A stretch of DNA of 64,000 bases from Candidatus Krumholzibacteriia bacterium (GCA_050174015.1 JBFXKG010000006.1:32001-96000), one strand, 5' to 3'; positions 8,999 to 18,374 are shown, numbered from the stretch's first letter. Made by a program: numbers and translations. The notes: a model not told the origin generated them from the sequence alone.

Positions 8999-9901
8999 CT
9001 AGAAGTGCGACTCTTCCGCGTAATCGTGCATGTACTTGAAGGCCTTGCTGGTGCGGATCTTCTCGAAGGCCTCTTCCTTGATCTGCCGGATCCGCTCGCG
9101 GGTCAGGCCCATGATCTGACCGATCTCCTCGAGGGTCATTTCATGGTCGGAGCCCAGGCCGTAGTACAGGCGCAGGACCTTGGCCTCACGCTCCTTGAGA
9201 TCGCCGAGCATCCGGTCGATGCTGCTGTTCAGGTCGTCGTCCATCACCTTGGTGTCGGGCCCCACGCCGGAGGTGTCCTCGAGGAAGTCCAGGTAGGTGC
9301 TGTCCTCGTCGTTGCCGACGAAGTCGTCCAGGAAGAAGTTGTCCTGCATCAGGGGCAGGGTGTCCTTCACTTCCTCGACCGACAGGCCCAGCTTGGCCGC
9401 GATCTCCTCGGGCTCCGGCTTGCGACGCAGCTTCTGCTGCAGCTCGCCGCTGGCCTTCTTGATCTGGTTCAGCACGCGGGCCCGGTTCAGGGGCATCCGG
9501 ACGATCTTGCTGTGGTTGGCCAGGGCCGCCAGGATGGACTGGCGGATCCACCAGACCGCGTAGCTGATGAACTTGTAGCCCCGGGTCTCGTCGAACCGCT
9601 GGGCGGCCTTCAGCAGGCCCAGGTTGCCCTCGTTGATCAGGTCCTCCAGGGGCACGCCGTAGTGGGCGTATTCCTTGGCGATGGACACGACGAAGCGCAG
9701 GTTGGCCTTGACCAGCTTGTGCAGGCTCTCGTTGTCGTTGGTATGGATCCCGCGGGCCAGTTCGCATTCCTCGTCCCGGGTCAGCAGCGAATAGGCTTTG
9801 ACTTCCTGGAAATAGAGATCCAGGTTGCTCATGAGCTGGGCCGCGGGAGCGGCAGCCTTGTGGCTCTTCTTGCCCTGGCTGCTTTTTTCGATCTTGGCCA
9901 T
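8999..9901 (-). CDS. RpoD/SigA-family sigma70 factor lacking region 1.1
   Basis: ANLRFVVSIAK, DLINEGNLGL, KFISYAVWWIRQ, TLEEIG...TRERIRQI. Confidence 0.93.
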   Translation of the reverse strand: MAKIEKSSQGKKSHKAAAPAAQLMSNLDLYFQEVKAYSLLTRDEECELARGIHTNDNESLHKLVKANLRFVVSIAKEYAHYGVPLEDLINEGNLGLLKAAQRFDETRGYKFISYAVWWIRQSILAALANHSKIVRMPLNRARVLNQIKKASGELQQKLRRKPEPEEIAAKLGLSVEEVKDTLPLMQDNFFLDDFVGNDEDSTYLDFLEDTSGVGPDTKVMDDDLNSSIDRMLGDLKEREAKVLRLYYGLGSDHEMTLEEIGQIMGLTRERIRQIKEEAFEKIRTSKAFKYMHDYAEESHF

Positions 9902-9983
9902 TTTATTTCCTCTCCTGGGGGTCTTTTGATCCCCCGTTCGAGTGATCGTCGACGCGGTGGGGGTATGCTTTTGACGGACCATT

Positions 9984-9999
9984 TACAAGTCCCGTTCCA
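9984..9999 (-). promoter_or_regulatory. Variant sigma54-like motif upstream of the sigma70 gene
   Basis: Minus strand TGGAACGGGACTTGTA (GG-N10-GT); a one-mismatch IHF-like site lies at 10035-10047. Confidence 0.4.
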
Positions 10000-10225
10000 C
10001 AAACAGGAGTTTCCTGTACTTTTTTAGCAACATGCAAATCATTCATTGACAAAGAGTTAAAAATTTCAACAAATGCTGTCCCGATAAACGAACCCGAATT
10101 CCATCCCGGGATTGACATTTTGACAAAACACCCCCCTGGAGGCCCGGCCACATTGTCAAATCCTTTTTTGGCGAGCCAACTGGAGGTCCGGGTGATAGGA
10201 TGACGGTCGAGCTCTGACGGGAGGG

Positions 10226-12409
10226 ATGAGGATGACCCGCGATGCAGGCAACCGACAGGAATTCCAGGTGAATAGTCGAGCGAAGACCTCGGGGCGGATC
10301 TGTCTGGCGGCAAGCTGCCTCGCTTTTTGCGGTTTGGTCGTTCTGTTCTCCCACCACTCCCTGAGCGACCTGGACATCTGGTTCCACTGGCGGGCCGGCC
10401 AGGATATCCTCGCCGGGGAATTCCCCCGGACCAACCACTACTCCTTCAGCGAGCCGGACCGGCCCTGGACGAACCACGAGTGGCTCTTCCAGGTCCTCGT
10501 GGGGATGGTCGGCCGGGCCGGCCAGGGCCGGGACGCGGCTCCCTCTCCGGAAAACCTCGCCGAGGCCTGGAACGCCCTCAGGACGTTCCTGGCCCTCATC
10601 CTCGCCCTGGTGATCCTGCGCCCGGTTGTTTTCCCGGCGCCCACCGGCCGCGGATCACCGGGCCCCCGGACCTGGCTGGTGGCGGTCATGCTGGCGGGAC
10701 TGGGCACCCTCTGGACCCGGTTGACCCTGAGGCCCGAACTGGTGTCCTCCATCCTGTTGATCCTGGTCCTGGACGATCTGGAGGAGGAACTCCGGCAGGG
10801 CAGCGGAAACCGGCCCTGGTGGGACCTTCGGGGCGCCGGCGCGCGCATCCCCTTGTGGACCCTGTTGTGGGCCCAGTTCCACGGGTTCGCGGCCCTGGCC
10901 CCTGTCCTGGTCCTGGGCGCCGGAATCCTGAATCCCCTGCAGCGTCGCATCGACGGGGGAGCCCGTGGGGGCCGCGGCCGGAGGCTCGTCCTGATCGGCG
11001 GAGCGACCCTGGTCGCCCTGCTGCTCACCCCCGGGGGAATCCAGGGATTCCTCTATCCCCTGCAGGCAGCCGGCCAGTTCGGGAGCGGCCGGGTGGATCT
11101 GAGGGGCACCATCAGCGAACTCGTCCCCCTGTTCTCCTCTCCCAACAGCCTGCACGCCACCCTGGGCTGGTACCTGGCCGCCCTGGCTGGGGGACTGGTC
11201 TGGCTCCTGGCGACCTGGCCCCGGGTCCCCCTCCTGCGGGCGCTTATCTTCTGCCTCGCGGCCTGGGCGGCCCTGATGACCCAGCGCAGCCTCGGAATGT
11301 TCGGGCTGGCGTTCATGATCCTGTGGCGCAGCGGCCTGCCGGAGGGTTCCCGGCTTCTCGGCCGGCTCCGCGCGAGCCCCCTCGCCGCCCGGGAAACCCC
11401 GGTCGCCGCGGCCGGAGCGGCCGTGTGCCTCGGGGCCGCCGTTCTGGCCGCCATCCCGCTCGTCGCGGACGGATTCTACCTGGGCGAGGGCGTGGCCCGA
11501 AGGTTCGGGTCCGGCCTCACTCCCGCCCAGCAACCGGTGGCGGCGATGGAGGTCCTGGCCGAAAAGCCGTCGGACCGCCTGTTCGCCAACATCGACGCGG
11601 CGGGCTTCGTGCTGGGCAACACGGGTTCGCGGGTCTTCGTCGACGGCCGCACGGAGGCCTATTCCGACCGGACGTGGTCCCGCTATCTGGCCATCAAGCA
11701 GGCGGGACCCGCGGGGCTCCGGGAACTCGCGGCCGCCGAACCCGGCGCCGTCTGCCTGGCCCTGGCCGGGGGAGCCTTCAAGCCGCTGGCCAGGGACCTC
11801 CTCGCAGGCGGCTCCTGGCGGCTGGCCGCCGCGGACGCCGGCGGCATCCTGTGGGACGAGGGCGGCGACCCCGGGCACCAGGACGCGCCGGGCGTGCTCC
11901 GGGAGGCGGGCCTCAAGGCCCTGGCCGACGCCGGGGCCCAAACCGCGTCGGCCCGGCGGGCGGATCTCGCCGTCGCCGCTGCCGGACTGTTCCAGCTGGC
12001 GGGGGACGACGGGAGCCGGCTGGAAGCCCTGCGCCAGGCGGTCGCGGCCCGGGGCGACCATCCCCTGGCGCTGCACAATCTCGGCAACGCCTTGCTGGAG
12101 CGGAGGGAATTCCGGGAAGCCGGTCCCCTTTTCGAGGCTGCGGTGGCCGCCAATCCCCGGCTCGCGGGCAGCGCCCTGAACGCCGGAGTCTGCCGCCTGC
12201 AGCTCGAGGAACATGGACCGGCGGCCGAGTGGTTCGAGCGGGCCCTGGACATCGACGGGGAGTCCTTCCAGGCCTGGGCCAACCTCGGGGCCGCGCGCCT
12301 GGCCCTGGGGGACGAGGACGGGGCGGTCGCCGCCCTGGAAAAGGCTCTGGCGATCCGCCCCGGCGAGGAGCGATTGCGCAGCAGACTGGAACAGCTGCGG
12401 CGGCGGTGA
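10226..12409 (+). CDS. Multi-pass membrane protein (GT-C glycosyltransferase-like) with C-terminal TPRs
   Basis: DIWFHWRAG and NHEWLFQ loop motifs, RPE, FVDGRTEAY; TPR repeats HNLGNALL, NLGAARL. Confidence 0.65.
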   Translation: MRMTRDAGNRQEFQVNSRAKTSGRICLAASCLAFCGLVVLFSHHSLSDLDIWFHWRAGQDILAGEFPRTNHYSFSEPDRPWTNHEWLFQVLVGMVGRAGQGRDAAPSPENLAEAWNALRTFLALILALVILRPVVFPAPTGRGSPGPRTWLVAVMLAGLGTLWTRLTLRPELVSSILLILVLDDLEEELRQGSGNRPWWDLRGAGARIPLWTLLWAQFHGFAALAPVLVLGAGILNPLQRRIDGGARGGRGRRLVLIGGATLVALLLTPGGIQGFLYPLQAAGQFGSGRVDLRGTISELVPLFSSPNSLHATLGWYLAALAGGLVWLLATWPRVPLLRALIFCLAAWAALMTQRSLGMFGLAFMILWRSGLPEGSRLLGRLRASPLAARETPVAAAGAAVCLGAAVLAAIPLVADGFYLGEGVARRFGSGLTPAQQPVAAMEVLAEKPSDRLFANIDAAGFVLGNTGSRVFVDGRTEAYSDRTWSRYLAIKQAGPAGLRELAAAEPGAVCLALAGGAFKPLARDLLAGGSWRLAAADAGGILWDEGGDPGHQDAPGVLREAGLKALADAGAQTASARRADLAVAAAGLFQLAGDDGSRLEALRQAVAARGDHPLALHNLGNALLERREFREAGPLFEAAVAANPRLAGSALNAGVCRLQLEEHGPAAEWFERALDIDGESFQAWANLGAARLALGDEDGAVAALEKALAIRPGEERLRSRLEQLRRR

Positions 12410-12419
12410 TCGACCGTGG

Positions 12420-13841
12420 CTAGGACCTGACCTCGACCCGGTACTTGAGTTCGGCCTTCCCCCCCGCCTTGACGGGGACCTGGAATCCCAGTTCGGTTGC
12501 GCTCAGACGGGCGGCCGGATGCGTGGATTCGATCACCTCCCAATCTCCACCCACCGGCTCGACGACGTCAACGACCACATCGTCTTCCCTGTGATTCCTG
12601 ATGGTGATCGTGAAGGCGTACCGGAACAGCTTCTCGGCCACCTTGCGGCTCTCGTCCCTGACCCGTTCGGCCACCAGGTCGAAAGCCTGGCCCACCGTCA
12701 GCTCCACCGTCTCGTCGCGGGGCGTGTGCCCGATCCTGTCCTCGCCCAGCAACTGGCGCGAGCCGTCGGCCGACTGCCCGTAGACCCGGAACACGCCCGC
12801 CGGCAACGGCAGACCGAGGTTGTTCCCCTCCGCGTTCTCGAAGCTGTAGCTGACGTCGATCTTCGTGTCGTCCTTCAACCAGCCTTGGCCGCGGAAGAGA
12901 TGGGATCCCGCCCGCAGCCGGTAGTGCTTCGCCAGCTTGATGCCCTCGGCCTCGAACAGGGAGATCTGCTTGATCTGCTGATCGAGAAGGTCGGTGGGAC
13001 GGTCCAGGGTGTAGAGGTGGTAATCGTAGAGGGTCTCCTCGGTGAACTTGGGGGCGCCGCCCTCGGCCATGCTCATGACCATCATGTCCCGCATGACCTC
13101 GGGACCCGGGGCGGCCCGGTTGACGTCACCGGCCACCAGGAGCAGCTTGGCACCCGGGAATCCCGCCCCGGACCTGTTTTCCACGCTCACCCAGGCCTGG
13201 AGATCGCCGGACTTCCCCTTCCCGTCCAGTTGCAGGACGTAGTCCGCATTCCAGGACAGGCCACCCGTCAGGTAGGAGGTCTCCACCGTCGCCTCCCCCG
13301 CCTCATCGGCGTGGGCCCGCCAGACCAGGGTGGGTCGCGCCCGCAGATTCGCCGGCAGGTCGGGCAGCACGATCCGGCCGGGAACCTCGAACTGGATCTC
13401 CCCGGCCACCTCGAAGACAGGGCCGGCGTTCATCCCAAGGAGGACGCCCTCGATGCGGGACCCGTCCTCCTGGACCCAGGCCACGGGACGCCCAACGTAC
13501 TTCTGCAGGATCTTCTCCCGCGACATCAGATCGAACTCGTAGTTCTGCTCGTAGATGGCCAGGCCCGACCGCCGGTCCCCCTCCACCAGCAGGGTCACCG
13601 GATTGATGGCCGAGGGCACTTCCCGGTACTCGAGGGTGAACTCGCCCGCCGGCAGGTCGACGGTCCTGATCTCCCGGACCAGGGCCAGATTCCGGTTGTA
13701 GACGGTGATGTCCACGCGGGTCCGGTCGCTGGAATCGGAACTCAGCAGGGGGGCGTCCCCGGCGGCTCCCTCCCCCGCCGCCGTCAGGACGGCGACGGCC
13801 AGCGTCGCCAGAATCAGACCGAATTTGCGCGTGATACCCAT
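12420..13841 (-). CDS. Secreted DUF4139-like protein
   Basis: Signal peptide; ITVYNRNLALVRE, EQNYEFDL, SYLTGGLSWNADY, PLPAGVFRVY, GEDRIGHTP. Confidence 0.85.
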   Translation of the reverse strand: MGITRKFGLILATLAVAVLTAAGEGAAGDAPLLSSDSSDRTRVDITVYNRNLALVREIRTVDLPAGEFTLEYREVPSAINPVTLLVEGDRRSGLAIYEQNYEFDLMSREKILQKYVGRPVAWVQEDGSRIEGVLLGMNAGPVFEVAGEIQFEVPGRIVLPDLPANLRARPTLVWRAHADEAGEATVETSYLTGGLSWNADYVLQLDGKGKSGDLQAWVSVENRSGAGFPGAKLLLVAGDVNRAAPGPEVMRDMMVMSMAEGGAPKFTEETLYDYHLYTLDRPTDLLDQQIKQISLFEAEGIKLAKHYRLRAGSHLFRGQGWLKDDTKIDVSYSFENAEGNNLGLPLPAGVFRVYGQSADGSRQLLGEDRIGHTPRDETVELTVGQAFDLVAERVRDESRKVAEKLFRYAFTITIRNHREDDVVVDVVEPVGGDWEVIESTHPAARLSATELGFQVPVKAGGKAELKYRVEVRS

Positions 13842-13924
13842 GGTTTCCCTCCCTGCCGATATCCCCGGGCATCCCCGCCGCGCTGCCGGGGGTCGGGGCG
13901 GCGGATCGGGTCCAAGGGCGGTAC

Positions 13925-13949
13925 TAAAGTTCGCCTGGATCATGTCGAT
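13925..13949 (+). promoter_or_regulatory. sigma28-like promoter for the response regulator
   Basis: TAAAG-N14-GTCGAT. Confidence 0.55.
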
Positions 13950-14047
13950 CAAGGTATGGACCTGTTTCAACAGGTATACAACAATTGCGTTCCCGGTGTC
14001 GAAGGAATCCCTGCGGCGCCGCGATCCCGCACTTGCGGAGGTACACG

Positions 14048-14422
14048 TTGGGCAACACCGTCCTCATCGTCGATGACGCAGAATTCATGCGGGTCATGCT
14101 CCGTGATATCGTGGAGGACATGGGCCTGGTCGTGGTGGGCGAAGCGGGCGACGGCGAGGAGGCCGTCCAGCAGTTCGAACGCCTGCGCCCCGACCTGGTC
14201 CTGCTGGACATCACCATGCCGACCCTGGATGGGACCGAGGCCCTGAAGGACATCCTGAACGTGGATGGGGACGCCCGCGTGATCATGATCACGGCCCTGG
14301 GCCAGAAGGAACAGGTCATCGCGGCGCTCAAGGCCGGAGCCAGGGACTTCATCATCAAGCCCTTCGACCAGGAGCGGGTGACCGAGACCCTGGAGCACTT
14401 CCTGGCCACCAGCCCCTGCTGA
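14048..14422 (+). CDS. Stand-alone CheY-like response regulator
   Basis: VLIVDD, LLDITMP, MITALGQ, FIIKPF; TTG start after GGAGG. Confidence 0.92.
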   Translation: MGNTVLIVDDAEFMRVMLRDIVEDMGLVVVGEAGDGEEAVQQFERLRPDLVLLDITMPTLDGTEALKDILNVDGDARVIMITALGQKEQVIAALKAGARDFIIKPFDQERVTETLEHFLATSPC

Positions 14423-14433
14423 AAGACCCCCGG

Positions 14434-15225
14434 TCAGAAGACCAGCAGAAGCAGGGATGCCAACCCCACGGCCACGCAATAGAAGCCGAACTTCCAGAAG
14501 TGCGCCTGCACCACCGCCAGGGCCGTCAGCCTGATCGCCACCAGTCCCACCAGGAACGCCGTGAGCGCCGACAGGGCGAAGGGGACGGTGTCCGCGCCGG
14601 TCGCGGTCACCCCGTCCACGAGGTTGAGGACCAGCGCTCCCAGGATGGCCGGCACCGCCAGCAGGAAGCTGAATCGCGCCGCTTCCTCCCGGACCAATCC
14701 CAGCCACAACGAAGCGGCGATGGTCGAACCCGACCGGCTGATGCCAGGGCAGATGGCCGCCGCCTGCGCGCACCCGATGAGGAAGGCCTTGCCCAGGTGA
14801 GGGGGGCGGGGTTCCCACTCCGCCCGGGCCGGAGCGCGCCCGCCCCGGGCGTATCGGGTGGAGAACAGCAGGGCTGCCGTCACCAGCAACGCCGCGGCGG
14901 GATAGATCGGTTTCTGATAGAGACCCTCGAAGAAATCCTTGAAAAGCAACCCCGCGAACACCGCCGGGATCGTCCCCACCCCCAGGGCGACGACGTAAGC
15001 GACGGCCGCCCGGTCCAGGCGGAGCAGACGCAGGAGTTCCCGCCGGTAGACCACGATCACCGACCCCAGGGTCCCCACGTGCAGGAGCACGTCGAAGAAC
15101 ACGTCCCCTTCCCTGGTGGCGAGGAAATGCTGGAGCAGGACCAGATGGCCGGAACTGCTGACGGGCAGGAATTCGGTCAAACCCTGGGTCGCCGCCAGGA
15201 TCAGGAGATTGATGATTTCGGGCAA
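14434..15225 (-). CDS. uppP: Undecaprenyl-diphosphate phosphatase
   Basis: QGLTEFLPVSSSGHL, PGISRSGSTI, AARFSFLL. Confidence 0.95.
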   Translation of the reverse strand: MPEIINLLILAATQGLTEFLPVSSSGHLVLLQHFLATREGDVFFDVLLHVGTLGSVIVVYRRELLRLLRLDRAAVAYVVALGVGTIPAVFAGLLFKDFFEGLYQKPIYPAAALLVTAALLFSTRYARGGRAPARAEWEPRPPHLGKAFLIGCAQAAAICPGISRSGSTIAASLWLGLVREEAARFSFLLAVPAILGALVLNLVDGVTATGADTVPFALSALTAFLVGLVAIRLTALAVVQAHFWKFGFYCVAVGLASLLLLVF

Positions 15226-15294
15226 GTCCGCATCCTTCGGTCGGGTGGTCGGGGGTCGAGAGCCGGATCAGGGGTCGGCCAGGGAATCGGCGGG

Positions 15295-16161
15295 TCAGCC
15301 GTCCCGGCCCGAGGCCCGGGACTGCCCGTAATGCAGCCGGGCTTCCTGGTGCATGCCCAGGGCGTCGCAGGTCAGGGCCAGTTGATAATGCAGGCGGCCG
15401 TCCTCGGGAAAGAATTCCAGGGCCTTTTCGAGGCTGCGCTTGGCCTCGGCGAAGTGCTCCAGCTTGTGCTGGCAGGTTCCCAGGTGGTAGGGGATCCGGA
15501 CCAGCCTGGCGTCCAGTTCCCAGGCCCGGTCGAAGCTGCGGCAGGCCTCCCGGTAGTTACCGCTCTTCATCAGGCACAGGCCGCAGTAGTAGTGGCCCCG
15601 GGCGAACGTCCCATCCCGCTCCACGCACTGGCGGAAACAGCTCAGGGCCTCCCCGTACTCCTCGTGCGCGTAGTGGACCAGTCCCAGGTTGAGATATCCC
15701 TCGGCATCGGGATCCAGGGCGATGGCCGCCTCGAAGGCCCGGATGGCCTCGGTCCGCCTGCCCTGTTCGGCATAGATCGCACCCAGGTTGTGGTTGGCCA
15801 CCGCGGTGCCCCGGCCGTCGAGGTTGGCCTTCTTGTAGGCCCGGATGGCCTCCTCCCGCCGCCCTTGACGGTCCAGGGCGACGCCCAGATTGGTCAGGTA
15901 GGCGCTGTTGGCCGGGTCGTGGTCGAGGGCCTCCAGGAAGGCCGTTTCCGCCTCGCTCGCCCGGCCCTGTTTCAGGAAAGAGCAGCCCAGCCGGTAAAGC
16001 CAGCGGTGATCCCGGGGTCCAAGGTCCAGACCCGCGAGGTAGGCCGCGCAGGCCTCGGCGAAGCGGCCGCCCTTCTCCAGGCTGCGGCCCTCCTCGAAAA
16101 GCTCTGCACTGGTCCGGGGTCCGGTCCCGCTAGGGGTGATGTCCTGCCTGGGTGTCTCCAT
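15295..16161 (-). CDS. Tetratricopeptide repeat protein
   Basis: Tandem TPRs (NLGVALD, HNLGAIY, NLGLVHY, YHLG); no signal peptide. Confidence 0.88.
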   Translation of the reverse strand: METPRQDITPSGTGPRTSAELFEEGRSLEKGGRFAEACAAYLAGLDLGPRDHRWLYRLGCSFLKQGRASEAETAFLEALDHDPANSAYLTNLGVALDRQGRREEAIRAYKKANLDGRGTAVANHNLGAIYAEQGRRTEAIRAFEAAIALDPDAEGYLNLGLVHYAHEEYGEALSCFRQCVERDGTFARGHYYCGLCLMKSGNYREACRSFDRAWELDARLVRIPYHLGTCQHKLEHFAEAKRSLEKALEFFPEDGRLHYQLALTCDALGMHQEARLHYGQSRASGRDG

Positions 16162-16168
16162 GGCTGGA

Positions 16169-16197
16169 ACTCTAATCCAGCGGCGCCCGGTGGTCAA
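16169..16197 (-). promoter_or_regulatory. sigma70 promoter, likely leaderless transcript of the TPR gene
   Basis: TTGACC-N17-TAGAGT, then 7 nt, then ATG; no SD sequence. Confidence 0.55.
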
Positions 16198-16224
16198 CGC
16201 CCGTCAGGGCACGACCCGCCGGGC

Positions 16225-17052
16225 TCAGTCCTCGATCTGGACCTCGAGCAGGATCCTGAGCTGGCCCTTGTGGTTCTGGAGGAGCCGGCGGGGAATGCGA
16301 ACCGGGACCACCAGGGGCGGGCTCATTTCGTTGTAGATGGCCTCGCTGCGCAACCGGGTCGAGTCGATGGGCTCGCGGCCGGGAACCGGCGGCCCGTTGT
16401 CGAACCCCAGGGTTTCGGCCGGGAGGTCACGGACGTGGGAGGCCTGGACCATGGAGACCTCGAGGGAATCGTGGTCATCCAGCCTGCTGCGCTTCTCGTT
16501 GATGTGGTTGATGGCCAGGCCCAGGACCGCCTTGAGCGTCTCCCTGACTCCCTCGCCCTTCAGGGTGTTGGAGGGGAACGAGAGCAGGCCCCAGGGGTTG
16601 AGCAGGGATTCGAGCCTGTCGACCGAGATCGCCTCCCCGGTGGGGCGGCGGTTGTACTGCAGGACCACCGGGACCCGCATCAGGTCCAGGCCCCAGGTAT
16701 CCAGGAAGGTCTTGAGGGATTCGAAGGCGGCCAGCGACTGATCCAGCTGCGAGGCCACCGACGGCACCACGAAGATGACTCCGTCGAAAGGTGGCCGTTC
16801 CATCATCCCGGCGGCGCGGAATCGTTCCTTGCCCACGTCCACCGCCTGGACCAGCACCTGCCACTCGCTCTTCCCTTCCTGGCGGAACTTGAAGGCGATC
16901 TGGCGCTCCGGGTCGTCGGTGGCCACCACCAGCCGCTGTTCGGGCGGTATGAACTGGTGGATGAGCCGCAGGTTCTCCCGCTTGCCGGTTCCCGGCTGCC
17001 CGTAATAGAGCAGTCTGCAGGTCCTGGTGGCTGTCAGCGATGCTGTGGTCAC
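16225..17052 (-). CDS. MglA-like small GTPase homologue (degenerate) with C-terminal extension
   Basis: LLYYGQPGTGKRENL (MglA: IVYYGPGLSGKTTNL), DGVIFV, PVVLQYN, GEGVRETL; GTG start after GGAG. Confidence 0.7.
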   Translation of the reverse strand: MTTASLTATRTCRLLYYGQPGTGKRENLRLIHQFIPPEQRLVVATDDPERQIAFKFRQEGKSEWQVLVQAVDVGKERFRAAGMMERPPFDGVIFVVPSVASQLDQSLAAFESLKTFLDTWGLDLMRVPVVLQYNRRPTGEAISVDRLESLLNPWGLLSFPSNTLKGEGVRETLKAVLGLAINHINEKRSRLDDHDSLEVSMVQASHVRDLPAETLGFDNGPPVPGREPIDSTRLRSEAIYNEMSPPLVVPVRIPRRLLQNHKGQLRILLEVQIED

Positions 17053-17121
17053 GAGGGATTCTCCCTGGATCCGGCGATGCCGCTGCGAAAAGAACGCCTC
17101 TTGGCTTCCATTTACCCTCGA

Positions 17122-17137
17122 AGCAAGGGATATGCCA
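17122..17137 (-). promoter_or_regulatory. sigma54-type promoter for the MglA-like gene
   Basis: Minus strand TGGCATATCCCTTGCT. Confidence 0.75.
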
Positions 17138-17194
17138 CTTGTTTGGGGGGTTCCGGGAGGCGGATCAGGGCCCTTTCCGGAAAAGTCCCAAGTT

Positions 17195-17210
17195 GGGCAA
17201 GCATTTTGCA
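17195..17210 (+). promoter_or_regulatory. sigma54-type promoter for the hypothetical gene at 17309
   Basis: GGGCAAGCATTTTGCA (GG-N10-GC, TTGCA). Confidence 0.55.
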
Positions 17211-17308
17211 ATACCCCGGTCGGAAGGAACCCGGGTCCATCCCGCACCCCCGTTTTTCCGCCCCCAGGGAGCGGTTAACCGGCCGAACCGGCAACCAGGA
17301 GTGGCCAG

Positions 17309-17749
17309 ATGACCACCAATACCGACAAGATCCTCAATACCATGTTTTCCCGCCTCCTCCAGATGAAGGTGGACGACAACCTGGCCGCCAAGCTCTGCGC
17401 GGTCATCGACAGCGTGACGGACAAGGTGGGCGGCAACTTCGATCTCGAGACCGTCCAGGGGCAGAACACTTTCCGGGCCCTGCTTTGCTCCATGGTGGTC
17501 CACGGCTGGGGCAACGGCATGCACCCCTTCCACAATCCCTGCGAGAACGAGGAAGGCCGGGCCATCGAGGTCAGGGTCTCCAAGGACATCCTGATGTCGA
17601 TGGAGGATCTGCAGAGCCTCAGGTACGTCAAGAAGGACGAGCACGGCAGGGTCAAGCAGGCCCTGTTCGAGCCGGACCAGAACGTCCGGGTGCGGCAGCA
17701 GATCGACGACATCCTCGGGGAGATCAGCCGCAACAAGTGGGGGGCCTGA
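17309..17749 (+). CDS. Hypothetical protein (146 aa)
   Basis: AGGAG RBS, host-like codon usage, hairpin downstream at 17774-17794. Confidence 0.8.
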   Translation: MTTNTDKILNTMFSRLLQMKVDDNLAAKLCAVIDSVTDKVGGNFDLETVQGQNTFRALLCSMVVHGWGNGMHPFHNPCENEEGRAIEVRVSKDILMSMEDLQSLRYVKKDEHGRVKQALFEPDQNVRVRQQIDDILGEISRNKWGA

Positions 17750-17816
17750 CCCCGGACCTCATGACGCCAAGAAGCCCGGGCCGTCGGCCCGGGCCCCTTG
17801 GCGCGCCCTGGATGAA

Positions 17817-18374
17817 TCAGAAGACCTTGGCTCCGTCCGCGAGGATCTCGTTCAGGGCGGCCCGGAAGTGGTCGGAGTTGTTGGCGACCTCGGGGGTGAC
17901 CTTCTCCTTGTAGAGCTCCCAGCTCTTCTTGATCTCGGCCCCGAGCGCCTCGACCAGATTGCCTTCACGGAGGGCCTTGTCGCGGGTCTCGCGATTGTAA
18001 GCCAGGATGTCGGAGACCAGGGCCCGGGCGTACATCTCCTCCTTGCTCCGGCGGCGTCGCACGCCCCGTCCCCCCGGTTCCGCATCCGGAGTCTCCTGCC
18101 GGTCCAGGACGGCGACGCCGGCGGGTGCAGGCGCGGCCGCAGCCGGCTCGGTGCGGGCGGCGGGCGCCCTGGCCGGCTCGGCAGCCGGGACGGCATCTGC
18201 CATCTGGGCGAAGCCGCCGTGTTCGATCTCCAGCGGGACCTCGGCCGGGCGCGCGGTTCCGTCCAGGGTGAAGACCCCCCGGCAGCCCGGACACCGCACC
18301 TTGATGACCCGGTGGGGAACCTTGTCTGCATCCAACTGGTAACGCGCCTGGCACTCGGTGCAGGTGGTGATCAT
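17817..18374 (-). CDS. Zinc-ribbon (MJ0042-like finger) protein with Ala/Pro linker and helical C-domain
   Basis: CTECQARY...VRCPGC; C-terminal ARALVSDILAYN...SWELY...ALNEILA. Confidence 0.85.
   Translation of the reverse strand: MITTCTECQARYQLDADKVPHRVIKVRCPGCRGVFTLDGTARPAEVPLEIEHGGFAQMADAVPAAEPARAPAARTEPAAAAPAPAGVAVLDRQETPDAEPGGRGVRRRRSKEEMYARALVSDILAYNRETRDKALREGNLVEALGAEIKKSWELYKEKVTPEVANNSDHFRAALNEILADGAKVF

Noticed and set aside
13972..13989. AGGTATACAACAATTGCG as a sigma54 promoter for the CheY-like gene
   Set aside because: GG-to-GC spacing is 12 nt
14500..17913. 1137-aa plus-strand ORF and similar long ORFs (19026-22619, 23499-26018, 45688-48336, 51524-54025)
   Set aside because: Antisense or off-frame shadows of well-supported genes, expected at high GC; no recognisable motifs
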